A stretch of 64,000 nt of DNA from assembly GCA_951406725.2 (NCBI GenBank), contig OX597817.1, forward strand, positions 128,340,001-128,404,000, given 5' to 3'. A model generated the notes under the pieces. The model searched no databases and was not told where the DNA came from. It was given only the letters and a program-made list of their open reading frames with translations. A program made the position numbers and the translations under genes. Positions 1-12,171 of this stretch are shown piece by piece; position 1 is the stretch's first letter; every line of letters begins with the position of its first letter. Source of the DNA: Octopus vulgaris. Lineage: Eukaryota.

Positions 1-58
<58 letters not shown>

Positions 59-111
59 TATAAATAATAATAGGGTAATAAGAAATTATTATTACCAGTG
101 GCCTACATACA

Positions 112-144
<33 letters not shown>

Positions 145-150
145 GCATAC

Positions 151-205
<55 letters not shown>

Positions 206-292
206 TTTAATTTCTTTTACTGTCACTACAATATATTTATGTATGTACATGTATGTATATGTATGCATGTATATATATATATATATATATAT
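1..292. repeat. (CA)n/(TA)n/(TACA)n microsatellites
   Basis: Simple repeats visible directly. Confidence 0.95.
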
Positions 293-334
293 TTAAAAAA
301 AGGAGATGTGGAACACGAGTTGTGATATATAAAA

Positions 335-641
335 AAGGAAATGAAGAAAATGCTGACAAAATAATTCAAGTAATTTAAGTAATTTATTTAGGTGAAAGTT
401 CTTTTTACCGGTTGCGCATTTGTTATGCTTATCAACATTTTTTTAAGAAAGAAAGAGTTCGTTTCTGATAGATTTTTTTCCTCTTATCTGAGATAAGAGG
501 AAAAAAATCTATCAGAAAGGAACTCTTTCTCTCTTAAAAAAATTTTGATAAGCATAACAAATGCGCAACCGGTAAAAAGAACTTTCACCTAAATAAATTA
601 CTTAAATTACTTAAATTATTTTGTCAGCATTTTCTTCATTT

Positions 642-645
<4 letters not shown>
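335..645. mobile_element. ~310 bp near-perfect fold-back (centre 490) carrying a hammerhead-like motif in each arm; probable inverted Penelope pseudo-LTR pair
   Basis: 335-489 is the reverse complement of 491-645 (ctcttatct-g-agataagag at the centre). Right arm 545-574 reads TTGATAA gcat aacaa atgc GCAA ccgg TA. Confidence 0.75.
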
Positions 646-707
<62 letters not shown>

Positions 708-736
708 GTATATATATATGTATATGTATATATATA

Positions 737-811
<75 letters not shown>

Positions 812-856
812 ATGTATATGTATATATATATGTATATGTATATATATATGTATATG

Positions 857-929
<73 letters not shown>

Positions 930-1196
930 ATATATATTTATGCATGCATATTTGTGTATATATATGTCTATATACGTATGTATATGTATATATATGTATG
1001 CATATATGTGTATATTTGTGTATATGTAGGTATATATGTGTATACATAAATATATATGTATATATGTATATATAGATGTATATATATGCGTGCGTTCATA
1101 TATATATGTGTGTGTATATGGATATAGAGATGTAAATATACATGCGTGTATATGTATATGTATGTATGTGTATATATATATGCGGGTGTGTTTATG

Positions 1197-1259
<63 letters not shown>

Positions 1260-1265
1260 TTATAT
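646..1265. repeat. (TA)n/(TATG)n compound microsatellite
   Basis: Simple repeat; explains the YI/MY ORFs. Confidence 0.95.
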
Positions 1266-1272
1266 GTAGACA

Positions 1273-1400
1273 CGGGCGTAGCTATGAGCTAAGAAGCTTG
1301 CTTCCCAACGACATAGTTCCGGATTCAGTCCCACTACGTGGTGCCCTCGGCAAGCGTTTCCTACTTTAGCCTTCGGCCGATCAAAGCCATGTCAGTGGAT
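1273..1400 (+). mobile_element. 5' part of SINE family A (tRNA-like head), truncated by the pLTR-like element at 1401
   Basis: Diverged match to the full copy at 8396-8808. Confidence 0.8.
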
Positions 1401-1692
1401 GGACATGTATTACATTATAAGTTTTACGTTGGGGATGCAAATCCCGTTTTTCACTCGATGTAGAATTCTACATCGAGTGAAAAACGGGATGGACGCTTTG
1501 ATTTTGTTTTGGTGCCTCGCTCTGTCGTAAACGACAATGTAATACTTGTCCTTGAAGTAGTAATTGTACGCGGCTGAAGAAGGCTATTGACACACATTTA
1601 CATCAATTATGCATTGATATAAACCGTCTAATAAAGGCCCGAAACATATGTACCGCTAAATCCTTTGCATCATGTTTTTATTTTGATAAATA
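1401..1692 (+). mobile_element. Hammerhead-bearing pLTR/retrozyme-like repeat, copy 1
   Basis: Near-identical to ~3980-4270 (offset ~2580); internal 50 bp palindrome centred on GAATTC (1441-1490). Confidence 0.8.
1570..1656 (+). ncRNA. Type I hammerhead ribozyme with long stem II and palindromic stem III
   Basis: gcgg CTGAAGA a-ggc...(atcaat/attgat hairpin)...gcc-c GAAA CATATG TA ccgc. Stem I is gcgg/ccgc and the GUA site is at 1650-1652; there is an A.C mismatch at the base of stem II. Confidence 0.75.
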
Positions 1693-1849
1693 TACATATA
1701 TATACATATATATATACATATACATATATATATACATATACATACATATATATATATACATATACATACATATTCATATATACATATACATACATACACA
1801 TATATATACATACATATATACATATACATATATACATATACATATATAT

Positions 1850-3600
1850 AACTTAGAATAACTTAGAAAGGTTTTGGCCAGTATTGGCCCAGGCCATGTC
1901 TAACTTAATAGCACCACCTGGCGAAGTCTTTCAGTTCAGGATTTGGGCACCAAGGCCCATTCGAGCAGAGAGTTATTGTTTGCGGAGACATATCCGGGTG
2001 TGGGTGGTTTGTCCGGTACTGTTTGAAGGAATTTGTCCAAAGACTTCTTGAATTTTGTGTGGTCAGTTTCTTTTTTGACGTGTCCTGGTGTAATGTTGAA
2101 GAGAGCGGGTCCAATTGAGGTGAAATAGTTGTGCCGTATTGTCGTTATGTGATGCGATTTAGATTTTTGTTGTGGACGGATGGCACGTTGTCCAAGCCTT
2201 GGATGTATTTTTGAAGGTGATGCCAACATCATTCGGACAGTGCTGATGGAATATCTTCCACATCATACAGATAATGTAGCGTTCACGGCGTCGTTGGAGT
2301 GAATACAATTTCAGCTTCTCTAGTCTACCCCAGTAGTCAAGGTCTGACATGCCATCTATCCTTTTTGTGATTGACCTTTGGGGAGCTTCAATTCTCATAA
2401 TATTTTGTTTTGTGTAGGGAGACCACAGTGGACAGCAGTATTCAAGGTGGGGTCGGGCAAAAGTGGAGAAGAGAAGAATAATAGCGTGGGAATCTCTCGA
2501 CTGGAAGGTTCTGAGAATCCAGGAACACATTCTGCGGGCCATGTCAACTTTGCTGCTTATATGTGTAGCCCAGCTTATGTTGTTGTCCACTGTTACTCCC
2601 AAGTCTCTGATGTTGTTGGATGCCATGAGAATTTCTCCAGAAGGAAGAGAGTATGGGAGTTTCAGAGCGTCCTCCCTTCCAAAGTGGATCAGTTCGAATT
2701 TGTCTTCATTTAGCAACATGTTATTCTTTTCCGCCCATTGGACAACAGCCAGTAGGTCTGACTGAAGGTTTATTCGGTCATCCACGCCATTGATGACCTT
2801 CTGGAGCTTGGAATCATCAGCGAAGGTTCTGATGTTACTGTGTTTGATGGTGTCAGTAATATCATTTATGTAGATGATGAAGAGAAGTGGGCCCAACACA
2901 GTGCCTTGTGGGACACCACTGCTGACTTCGGCTGGGCTGGATTTGACTCCTTCGACTACAACATGTTGGGTTCTGTTAGACAGGAAGCACTTGATCCACT
3001 GCAGCAGCTTTCCAGTGACACCAATATTGGACAGCTTTCTCAGAAGGATCTTATGATCAACCCTGTCAAAGGCCTTGCTGAAATCAAGGTAGATGACATC
3101 AGTGTTGGAACCTTCTCCCAAGGCTCTCAAAATGTCATCAAAATGATGCAGTAGCTGCGTCAGGCAATCTCTCCCATTACGGAATCCATGCTGGTTGGGG
3201 TTCAGCATATTATGACTCTCGAGGAAGTGAGTCATACGCGATCTCAGCACCCTCTCAAATACCTTGATGATATGAGAGGTGAGTGAGATTGGACGGTAAT
3301 TCACGGCAAGCGATTTGTTTCCTTTTTTGAAAACTGGGACAACAGACTGGGATAGAAGGTCTTCTGGTATATATCCAGCATCCAGTGAGTTCCGCCACAG
3401 AATGGCTAGAGGGGGTGCAAGTTGGTTTTGACACATCTTCAAGACACAAGCCGGGAACCTATCGGGACCTACTGCTGAATTATGCTTCATTTCCTTTATT
3501 GCTGCTAAGACATCAGGAGCGCCAAATGTTATGTCCGATAAAGTGTATTGGGGAGTAACATCACTGATACAGCCCAGATCAGTCATATCAGGATTGCTGA
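1850..3600 (-). mobile_element. 5'-truncated CR1/L2-group LINE inserted in a (TATACA)n microsatellite
   Basis: RT motifs present; the 3' tail is a short tandem repeat (ttctaagtta)2 at ~1850-1869. Confidence 0.9.
2159..3600 (-). CDS. LINE reverse transcriptase (ORF2 remnant); the C-terminus continues after a frameshift in ORF 1936-2232
   Basis: [54 protein letters not shown]. The N-terminal 3601-3853 of the listed ORF is microsatellite. Confidence 0.9.
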
Positions 3601-3637
3601 TATATAAATACATATAAATATATATATATACATATAC

Positions 3638-3669
<32 letters not shown>

Positions 3670-3861
3670 ATACATATATATACATATACATATATATACA
3701 TATACATATATATATACATATACATATATATACATATACATATATATACATATACATATATATACATATACATATATATATACATATATATACATATACA
3801 TATATATACATATACATATATATACATATATATCCATATAAATATATATACATATATATAC

Positions 3862-4272
3862 AAAAAAATTCAGGGTGAATACTTGATAATTGTAAACACC
3901 TGTATATGCCAATTAGTGGTGTAGGTGATATAAATGTGTGTCAATAGCCTTCTTCAGCCCCGTACAATTACTACTTCAAGGACATGTATTACATTATAAG
4001 TTTTACGTTGGGGATGAAAAATCCCGTTTTTCACTCGATGTAGAATTCTACATCGATTGAAAAACGGGATGGACGCTTTGATTTTGTTTTTGTGCCTCGC
4101 TCTGTCGTACGCGAGAATGTAATACTTGTCCTTGAAGTAGTAATTGTACGCGGCTGAAAGAGGCTATTGACACACATTTACATCAATTATGCATTGATAT
4201 AAACCGTCTAATAAAGGCCCGAAACATATGTACCGCTAAATCCTTTGCATCATGTTTTTATTTTGATAAATA
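3862..4272 (+). mobile_element. Hammerhead-bearing pLTR-like repeat, copy 2, with inverted arms 3931-3995 / 4116-4180
   Basis: Direct repeat of 1401-1692 plus an extra left inverted arm. The core is altered to CTGAAAG; GAAACATATGTA is at 4221-4232. Confidence 0.8.
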
Positions 4273-4536
4273 AATACATATATATATATACATATACATA
4301 CATATACATATATACATATACATACATACACGTATATATACATACACATACATATATACATATACATATATACATATATACATATACATATATATATATA
4401 CATATATATATACATATATATATATACATATATATATATACATATATATATCCATATATACGATTATATATATATACATATATACATACATATATACATA
4501 TACATATGTATATATATATGTATATATATGTAAATA

Positions 4537-4621
<85 letters not shown>

Positions 4622-4651
4622 ATATATATCTGTATATATATATCTGTATAT

Positions 4652-4682
<31 letters not shown>

Positions 4683-4765
4683 GTATATATATATCTGTAT
4701 ATTTATATATATATATACGTAAGTATATATAATGTATATATATATATATGTATGTATGTATATAC
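4273..4765. repeat. (TATACA)n/(TA)n microsatellite
   Basis: Simple repeat. Confidence 0.95.
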
Positions 4766-4869
4766 TTCGAATATAGATTAAAATGTTTTTCCAAATCATT
4801 CGATCAAAATGGCTAGCATATTAAAATACCGTTAAAGGTGAAAATTATAAACAATTATAAACAGGGCAA

Positions 4870-5262
4870 AAGAAAAATAATTTCTATGCCAATATGCTGA
4901 GAATAGACTTTAAATCGTCAATCACCACATGCAATATACATTCACTATGAATACACGTCGTGCTGAAATCGAGGAAGACAAGCCAACATAATTCTTTTAA
5001 AAATTCGTTATCTCTATATTGAATCAATTTCGCGATTAATGCAGCGGCTTTTCTTCTCTTCAATAGAGAATACAAATTCTGCCAAGATCGACTTTGACTT
5101 TTATCCTTTCGGAGCAGAAGTAAGCGTCATGTGTACACATAAGTACCCCAGTTATATCTAGATATAAAAATCCTTTAGCAAGCCTAGTGAATGTATACTG
5201 TATGTGTTGACTGACGATTTAAAGTCTATTCTCAGCATATTGGCATAGAAATTTTTTTTCTT
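4870..5262. mobile_element. Inverted-repeat element (arms ~4870-4947 / 5185-5262), MITE-like or fold-back
   Basis: tttctatgccaatatgctgagaatagactttaaatcgtca is the reverse complement of tgacgatttaaagtctattctcagcatattggcatagaaa. Confidence 0.75.
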
Positions 5263-5287
5263 CCCCTCTTGTTTAAATAAATAAATA

Positions 5288-5319
<32 letters not shown>

Positions 5320-5458
5320 CCCATTAAAATAAATACTGTATTTGAATACAAAATACCGCGTTATTTAATATGAGAGGACCTCTCATATGGACTTGTAGTA
5401 CATAAAAGCACTCGTGTTTATATTGCTGACGGGTGAGTACCATCTACGGCTGCCGGAA

Positions 5459-5639
5459 CTGTCAGTTCACGTGATTTCGGCCTTACTTGGCCTTGTCAGT
5501 GACAGCCGTCTTACTAGTCACAGCAGCCGATTCCCCCGTCAGTGATATATAGCATCTCATTGTCTATTCAGCCGCCGTTGCATAGCCGGACGTCAATCAC
5601 TGACAAAACCAAGTAAGGTCAAAACTTCGTAATTTGGCA
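5459..5639. ncRNA. Divergent pair of degenerate hammerhead motifs (5459-5505 on -, 5597-5639 on +)
   Basis: Minus strand: ctgtca CTGACAA ggcc aagtaa ggcc GAAA TCACGTGA AC tgacag. The plus copy is more decayed. Confidence 0.6.
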
Positions 5640-5667
5640 TTTACCTTTAAGTTTAATACTGACTCTA

Positions 5668-6340
5668 AGGCGGTGAGCTGGTAGAATCATCACCGCACCA
5701 GACAAAATGTTAGGCAGCATTTCATCCTTCTTTACTTTCTGAGTTCAAATCCCGCCAAGGTCGACAATACCTTTCGTCATTTTGTAGTCGATAAAATAAG
5801 TACCAGGTGAGTACTGAGGTCGAAGTAATTGACTTACCTCTTCTCCTAAATTGTCGACCGTGTAGCTAAGTTTGAAATCGATGTTAATACAGCTTCTGTT
5901 ATTATTAATTAATCCTTTTTATCATAGGCACAAGACCTGAAATTTGTGGGGAGAGGACCAGATGATTAGATCGACCCCAGTAAGCAACTGGTACTTAATT
6001 TATCGGCCCCGAAAGGAAGAAAGTCAAAGTCGGCTTCAGCGGAATTTGAACTCAGAGCGTAAAGACCGCTAAGCATTTCACCCGGTGTGTTAACGATTCT
6101 GCCAACTCATCGCCCAGTCGCTATTAATTAATGATTATACACACACAATGAATATTAATTGGAATGCTTTTTTAATAATAAATTTGTCTACAATAATGGC
6201 TTAAAGTTTTTGCTCTAGGCCCAAAATTCCGGGGTGGGGATAAGTTGATTAAATCGACCCCAGTGCTCAGCTGGTACTTATTTTATCGACCCTGAAAGGA
6301 TAAAATGCAAAGTCAACCTCGGCGGAATTTGAACTTAAAA
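5668..6340. mobile_element. Cluster of SINE family B copies (5668-5885 +, 5915-6115 -, ~6205-6340 -)
   Basis: Shared gagttcaaattccgccgaggtcgactttgcctttcatcctttcggggtcgataaa..agtaccag core. Confidence 0.85.
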
Positions 6341-6456
6341 TTTGTCCATGATATTAACGTAACATTTCTGTGAAGTATCTCTGCCAAACCTTCCTCATAG
6401 ATGTAGAAACGATAAATTTCAGTGAATTATGCTTATCCCTATAAAGAATGTTTCCA

Positions 6457-7612
6457 GGTATTGCAGTGTGGTTAAGAAGTTTGCTTTGTAATCATATGGT
6501 TTCGGGTTCAGTCACTCTCCGCAGCACCTTGGCTAAGTTTTTTTCTACTATAGTCGTAGGAGTGGCTGTGTGGTAAGTAGCTTGCTTACCAACCACATGG
6601 TTCTTGGTTCAGTCCCACTGGGCAAGTATCTTCGACTATTGCCTCGGGTGAACCAAAACTTTGTGAATGGATTTGGTAGACGGAAACTGAAATAAGCCCG
6701 TCGTATATATGTATATATATATGTGTGTGTGTGTGTGTGCATCTGTGTTTGTTCCCCCAGCATCGCTTGACAACCGATGCTGGTGTGTTTACGTCCCCGT
6801 AACTTAGCGGTTCGGCAAAAGAGACCGATAGAATAAGTACTAGACTTACAAGGAATAAGTCCTGGGGTAGATTTTCTCGACTGAAGGCGGTGCTCCAGCA
6901 TGACCGCAGTCTAATGACTGAAACAAGTAAAAGAGTATAGTCCCGGAACGACAAATGCTTTGTGAGTGAATTTGTTTAACGGAAACTGTGTAGAAGCCCG
7001 TCGTATATACGCGTGTGGGTGTGTGTGCATGTATGTGCGTGTGAGTGTCTTTCTGTTTGTGTTTATCCCCACTACTGCTTAACAACCGGAGTTGGTTTGT
7101 TTACGTCCCCGTTAATTTGTGGTTCGGCAAAAGAGAGTGATGGAATACGTACTTGACTTAAAAGTAATTCTTGGTTTTGATCTGTACGACAACAAACTCT
7201 TCAAGGTGGTGTCCCAGCATGGCTGCAGATAATAAATTCTTTTATTCTTTTGTTTTAGTCATTTGACTGCGGCTATGCAGGAGCACCACCTTGAAGGGTT
7301 TTAGTCGAATAAATCGACCCCCAGGACTTATTTTTTAAGCCTAGTTCTTATTCTACCGGTCTCTTTTACCGAACCGCTAAGTTACGAAGACGGAAACACA
7401 CCAACGCCTGTTGTCAAGCGGTGATCGCGGGATAAATACACACACACACGACGGGATTCTTTCAGTTTCCATCTACTAAATCTACTCACAAGGCTTTGGT
7501 CAATCCGAGGCTATAGTAGAAAACAATTGCCCAAGGTGCCACGTAGTGAGACTGAAACCGGAACAATATGGTTGGGAAGCAATCTTCTTGCCACACAGCC
7601 ACGCCTGCACCT
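6457..7612. mobile_element. Cluster of SINE family A copies (head 6457-6547 +, 6552-6936 +, 6950-7235 +, 7237-7612 -)
   Basis: Matches 8396-8808: tRNA-like A/B boxes, ccttgggcaagt CORE-like segment, gaaacaagtaaaagag tail. Confidence 0.9.
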
Positions 7613-7707
7613 ATAAAAAACCTTTTCTGATTTTTAATTTCCTGCTTGTTGTACATCAACAAATATTTTAGAGTAAAATAATATATTTACCTAGCAAACA
7701 GGAGACT

Positions 7708-8390
7708 TACCGTAAATCCTCGAGTATAGTCCGCTCTTGAGTGTAATACGCAGGGGAGTTTTAGGGGGCTGTACCTCTGAAAAACCTAAACCTTGTGTAT
7801 GATACGCACCCCTTCTCTAACTTGAGTCAAGGAGGTCTATATAAGGTCCTTGGTTTGTAAAACTATACGGTAACGTCCTTTATTATCATTGTATATATAA
7901 CATAATGCAAACGTGTAGCATTTTTGTGCATTTTGTTTGCAGAAAATATAGAAATAACAGTAATAACGGTAATAACAGTAATAACGTTTAATAAATGTTG
8001 CTTACTACAAGTTATGGATGATTCTTTTATGACATCATTGCTTTCAGGCTTAGCTTAAGGTATTTTCGCGCCGTACATCACAAGAGTTTTTGTTAAATAA
8101 TTTATCTATCTTCAAAGATGAATAGTTTCATATATTGGAATAAACTGCATTCAATAAATCGGAAGACGTTCACAACAGAATTAAATGTTTTACTGACTGA
8201 AGAGAATTTTACTAAAATCTCTCTTCATCCAGTTTTCTCGTCCTCATCTTCATCCTTTTATCATATATCTATTCTTGTTTTTGAGAGTGAAACATTAGTA
8301 GCCGTTTTCTTCTTTTTTTATTCCGACGACTCACAAAGGAGAGTAACCTCTGATCAAACCTTGTTTCCTTCATTTCCATATGTAAATTCA
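7708..8390. mobile_element. Tc1/mariner-superfamily (Tc2/pogo-like) DNA transposon fragment
   Basis: Terminus taccgtaaatcctcgagtatagtccgc with repeated subterminal tacgcac motifs; other end not found. Confidence 0.45.
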
Positions 8391-8395
8391 ATGAA

Positions 8396-8808
8396 GGCGC
8401 AGGAGTGGCTGTGTGGTAAGTAGCTTGTTTACCAACCACATGGTTCCGAGTTCAGTCCCACTGCGTGGCACCTTGGGCAAGTGTCTTCTACTATAGCCTC
8501 GGGCCGACCAAAGCCTTGTGAGTGGATTTGGTAGACGGAAACTGAAAGAAGCCCGTCGTATATATGTATATATATATATATATGCGTGTGTGTGTTTGTG
8601 TGTCTGTGTTTGTCCCCCTAGCATTGCTTGATAACCGATGCTGGTGTGTTTATGTCCCCGTTACTTAGCGGTTCGGCAAAAAGAAACCGATAGAATAAGT
8701 ACTAGGCTTACAAAAGAATAAGTCCTGGGGTCGAGTTGCTCGATTAAAGGCGGTGCTCCAGCATGGCCGCAGTCAAATGACTGAAACAAGTAAAAGAGTA
8801 AAGAGAGA
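8396..8808 (+). mobile_element. Full-length SINE family A (tRNA-derived, internal TA/TG microsatellite)
   Basis: tggctgtgtggt A-box-like, gagttcagtccc B-box-like, (taaaagag)n tail; many copies in the window. Confidence 0.9.
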
Positions 8809-8874
8809 ATGACTTAAATAATTATTGTTTTTTGTTTTGTTTTTTTCCCCTCTTGTTTCATTTCTTATTTATGA

Positions 8875-9100
8875 GGGAAAGTGGCAAATTATGACATCAT
8901 AATAGAAATTTAATGAAATTTTCAAACGACTTTTCCTATACACCATTCTGTGATACACCTGGAATCATCATCAGTGATGTTTCCTGAGATCATAATATAG
9001 ACAAGGAACAATATCAAATATATTATTAAATCCCTTTTATTTTCTGCTTTAAAGTAACGTCATAATGGAACATTTTTCAAATTCTACACTATGCCTTTTT
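8875..9100 (+). repeat. Unclassified interspersed repeat; inverted copy at ~13960-14097
   Basis: caaattctacactatgcctttttt matches the reverse complement of aaaaaaggcagagtgtagaatttg, with further shared blocks. Confidence 0.6.
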
Positions 9101-9209
9101 TCGCGATATTTTTGAAAAAGCGTATGGCGGATGGAAGAACAGAGGGGACAGACTGACCAACGGTTGAAGAAAGAAACATGGCTCTTAAACGTTATACAGA
9201 TTTAATATC

Positions 9210-10220
9210 CTTTCAACTATAGGCACAAGGCTTGAAATTTTGGGGAGGGATTAGTCGATTACGTCTACCCCAGTACTCAACTGGTACTTATTTTATTAAC
9301 CTCGAAAGGATGAAAAGCAAAGCCGACCTCGGTAGTTTTTGAACTCAGAGCACAAAGACGCTCGAAATGCCAGCGTGCTAATGATTCTGCCAGCTTGCCG
9401 CCTTTATTTTCTACTCTAGGCATAAGGCCCGAAATTTTGGGGGAGACGATCAGTCGATTAGATCGACCCAGTACACAACTGGTACTTAATTTATCGACCT
9501 CTAAAGGATAAAAGCAAAGTCGACCTCGGCGGAATTTGAACTCAAAACGTAGCGACAGACGAAATACCTATTTCTTTATTACCCACAAGGGGCTAAACAC
9601 AGAGAGGACAAACAAGGACAGACAAACGGATTAAGTCGATTATATCGACCCAGTGCGTAACTGGTACTTATTTAATCGACCCCGAAAGGATGAAAGGCAA
9701 AGTCGACCTCGGCGGAATTTGAACTCAGAACGTAGCGACAGATGAAATATCTATTTCTTTACTACCCACAAGGGGCTAAACACAGAGAGGACAATCAAGG
9801 ACAGACAAACGGATTAAGTCGATTATATCGACCCCACTGCGTAACTGGTACTTATTTAATCGACCCCGAAAGGATGAAAGGCAAAGTCGACCTCGGTGGA
9901 ATTTGAACTCAGAACTTAGCGGCAGACGAAATACTGCTAAGCATTTCGCCCGGCGTGCTAACGTTTCTGCCAGCTCGTCGCCTTGTAGATTTAATATATT
10001 ACATGAACAAAAGCGGTGAATTGGCAGAATCATTAGCTCGCCTGGCTAAAAGCTTTGCGGTATTTCGTCCTTCTTTACTTTCTGAGTTCAAATTCCGCCA
10101 AGCTTGACTTCGCCTTTCATCTTTTCGGGGTCGATAAAATAAGTACCATTTACGCACTGGGGTTGATGTTATCGATTACCCTCTCCCCTGAAATTTTAGC
10201 TTGTGCCACAATTTGGAACG
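9210..10220. mobile_element. SINE family B chain (9210-9402, 9408-9570, 9571-9750, 9751-9982 on -; 10012-10220 on +)
   Basis: Repeated family B core; ~180 bp tandem unit. Confidence 0.9.
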
Positions 10221-10959
10221 AATATATTATATGAATGTGTGTGTGTATGTATGTTTATATACACACACATACATACGCTGACACATACACAAACATATAC
10301 GTATGTATATAAACAAAGAAGAGCTGAGAGAAATAACTCAGAGTGGTCTGTGGTATGCTTTTACACAACATAAATAAATAAAGGTATGTTAAATACTATA
10401 CAATATAAATTCTTGATTTATTAAAATTACCTCCACTTCTAGAGAATGAACCATAATTACCAAATGACAATTAAGACCAACTCCACTTCAGAAGGAAAGA
10501 TGATATCAAGATTTAAGAATTCTCCAAAGTTGCTATGCCTGGAACGAAAAGGACCGGGTGTCATTACTAGTAAACATACCTACAAACATACATATACATA
10601 CACAGGGACAAACAAACACATGCACACACACACACATAGCAAGGTATTGGGTATTATTAGAAGATAATTGTTGACCTTACGTTAGGTACATTTTGTGCTG
10701 TTGTTCGTTGTTGGTTTTCATCGGCTTGTTTTCTTGCAAGCTTCTCAGCAGGGAAGACTTGTGGGGTGCCGCTTTAGTCGCCGACCACCCAAGCATAGAA
10801 CTTTTTGCACTAGATCACATGTTACCCGTAACACTAAAGAGTGATGTACCGTACACACATACACACATATAGAAGCGCACGCACAAGCACATACATATAT
10901 ATGTATCTGTGTGTGTGTGTATGTTTGTGCGTATATACACACACACACACATATATATA

Positions 10960-11000
<41 letters not shown>

Positions 11001-11041
11001 ACAAAAATATGAATGTGTATGTATTTCATAGTGGTATTCGT

Positions 11042-11088
<47 letters not shown>

Positions 11089-11227
11089 ATAAACAAATGA
11101 ATGTGTGTGTGTGTGTGTTTCATAGTGGTATTCGTCCTGGAGAGAATATCTCTGATAGGGGTTTAGTGTTAAAAACACAAAAAATACATCAGTAGCAGGC
11201 GAACATCGTCCAGTAGCGGTGATGGCA

Positions 11228-11504
11228 TAACTAAATGCGTATTTCTTCCTCCTTAAGCTTCGTCAGTAGCAAGCTTCTATTGGCAACCGTATGCTAAGAC
11301 GAAATCGTTACTGATATTATAAAATAGTGATTGAAGAGTCACAGATGCTGCACTTAGCCGGCAGGCCAAATAAAAATGAGTTATATGCAGCAGAAGCTGT
11401 ATTAGTTTGAAACTGCAATCGGTGTATCATACATAATGCAGAGATATCATTGAAAGCCTTTGCTACTGATGAAGCCTAAAGAGGCAGAAATACACATTTA
11501 ACAA
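11228..11504. ncRNA. Divergent pair of hammerhead-like motifs (11228-11272 on -, 11460-11504 on +)
   Basis: Plus: ttgcta CTGATGA agcct aaag aggca GAAA tacaca TT taacaa. Minus: ttgcta CTGACGA agcttaaggaggaa GAAA tacgca TT tagtta. Confidence 0.6.
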
Positions 11505-11574
11505 TGAATGCATTATGACACATACCAAACAATGTATAATCAATGATTATACATTTTATAAAAGGTGCCAACTT

Positions 11575-11635
11575 TTAAAAAATTGCCCACGGGGAGCAGT
11601 CGCTCCTCTTGCTCCCCTCTTAGTTACGCCACAGA
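11575..11635 (-). mobile_element. Probable hAT-type terminal fragment
   Basis: Reverse complement reads ctgtggcgtaactaagagggg..., resembling CAGTGGCGTA-type hAT termini. Confidence 0.35.
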
Positions 11636-11810
11636 TGTATATATAGAAGATAAGCATTTGATATACGACAAAAGATATATACTTGTAATTTGGTTTTGAA
11701 AGACACACACTGTATAGGCTCTTATTGTTTTTGTTGCTGCTGCTGCTCAGAGCTTCTGACTGTGGATTGAGAAACACCTGAGTGTCTAGCAGATCATAGA
11801 CTGCAGGGAT

Positions 11811-11957
11811 CAGTCATGGGCAACCAGTAGCTCGGAGGACTTTCTGAATATGCACGCCTTACAATAAATTACCTCGACTTGTTTTAGTAGTGGGACCTGC
11901 ATGATGATGAATCAGGTTTCATGCAGACCGCTTCTTGAAAAAGGTTGCCCATGCTTG
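11811..11957. mobile_element. hAT (Charlie-like) MITE
   Basis: TIRs cagtcatgggcaacc / ggttgcccatgcttg; decayed 8-bp flanks gcagggat / gctgaaat. Confidence 0.6.
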
Positions 11958-12101
11958 GCTGAAATGCTCCTTTCTTGAATCGAATGGGTCGAATTAATTG
12001 TATAGTTTTGGTTGGCAGACCTATAGTCTACGCCGTTCCCACAGTAACCATGTAGTTTTAGATATTTATTTATTTAATTATTTATCTATTTATTTATGCA
12101 A

Positions 12102-12171
<70 letters not shown>
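12102..12171. repeat. (ATT)n microsatellite
   Basis: Simple repeat. Confidence 0.95.

Noticed and set aside
1401-4272. Canonical LTR retrotransposon
   Set aside because: The RT is non-LTR type with its own 3' tail; no gag or integrase, TG..CA ends, PBS or PPT
5211-5250. CTGACGA...GAAA in the 4870-5262 inverted repeat as a hammerhead
   Set aside because: No stem II, stem III or stem I pairing found
9408-9982. CRISPR-like array
   Set aside because: Repeats are ~180 bp SINE units without unique spacers, in a eukaryotic context
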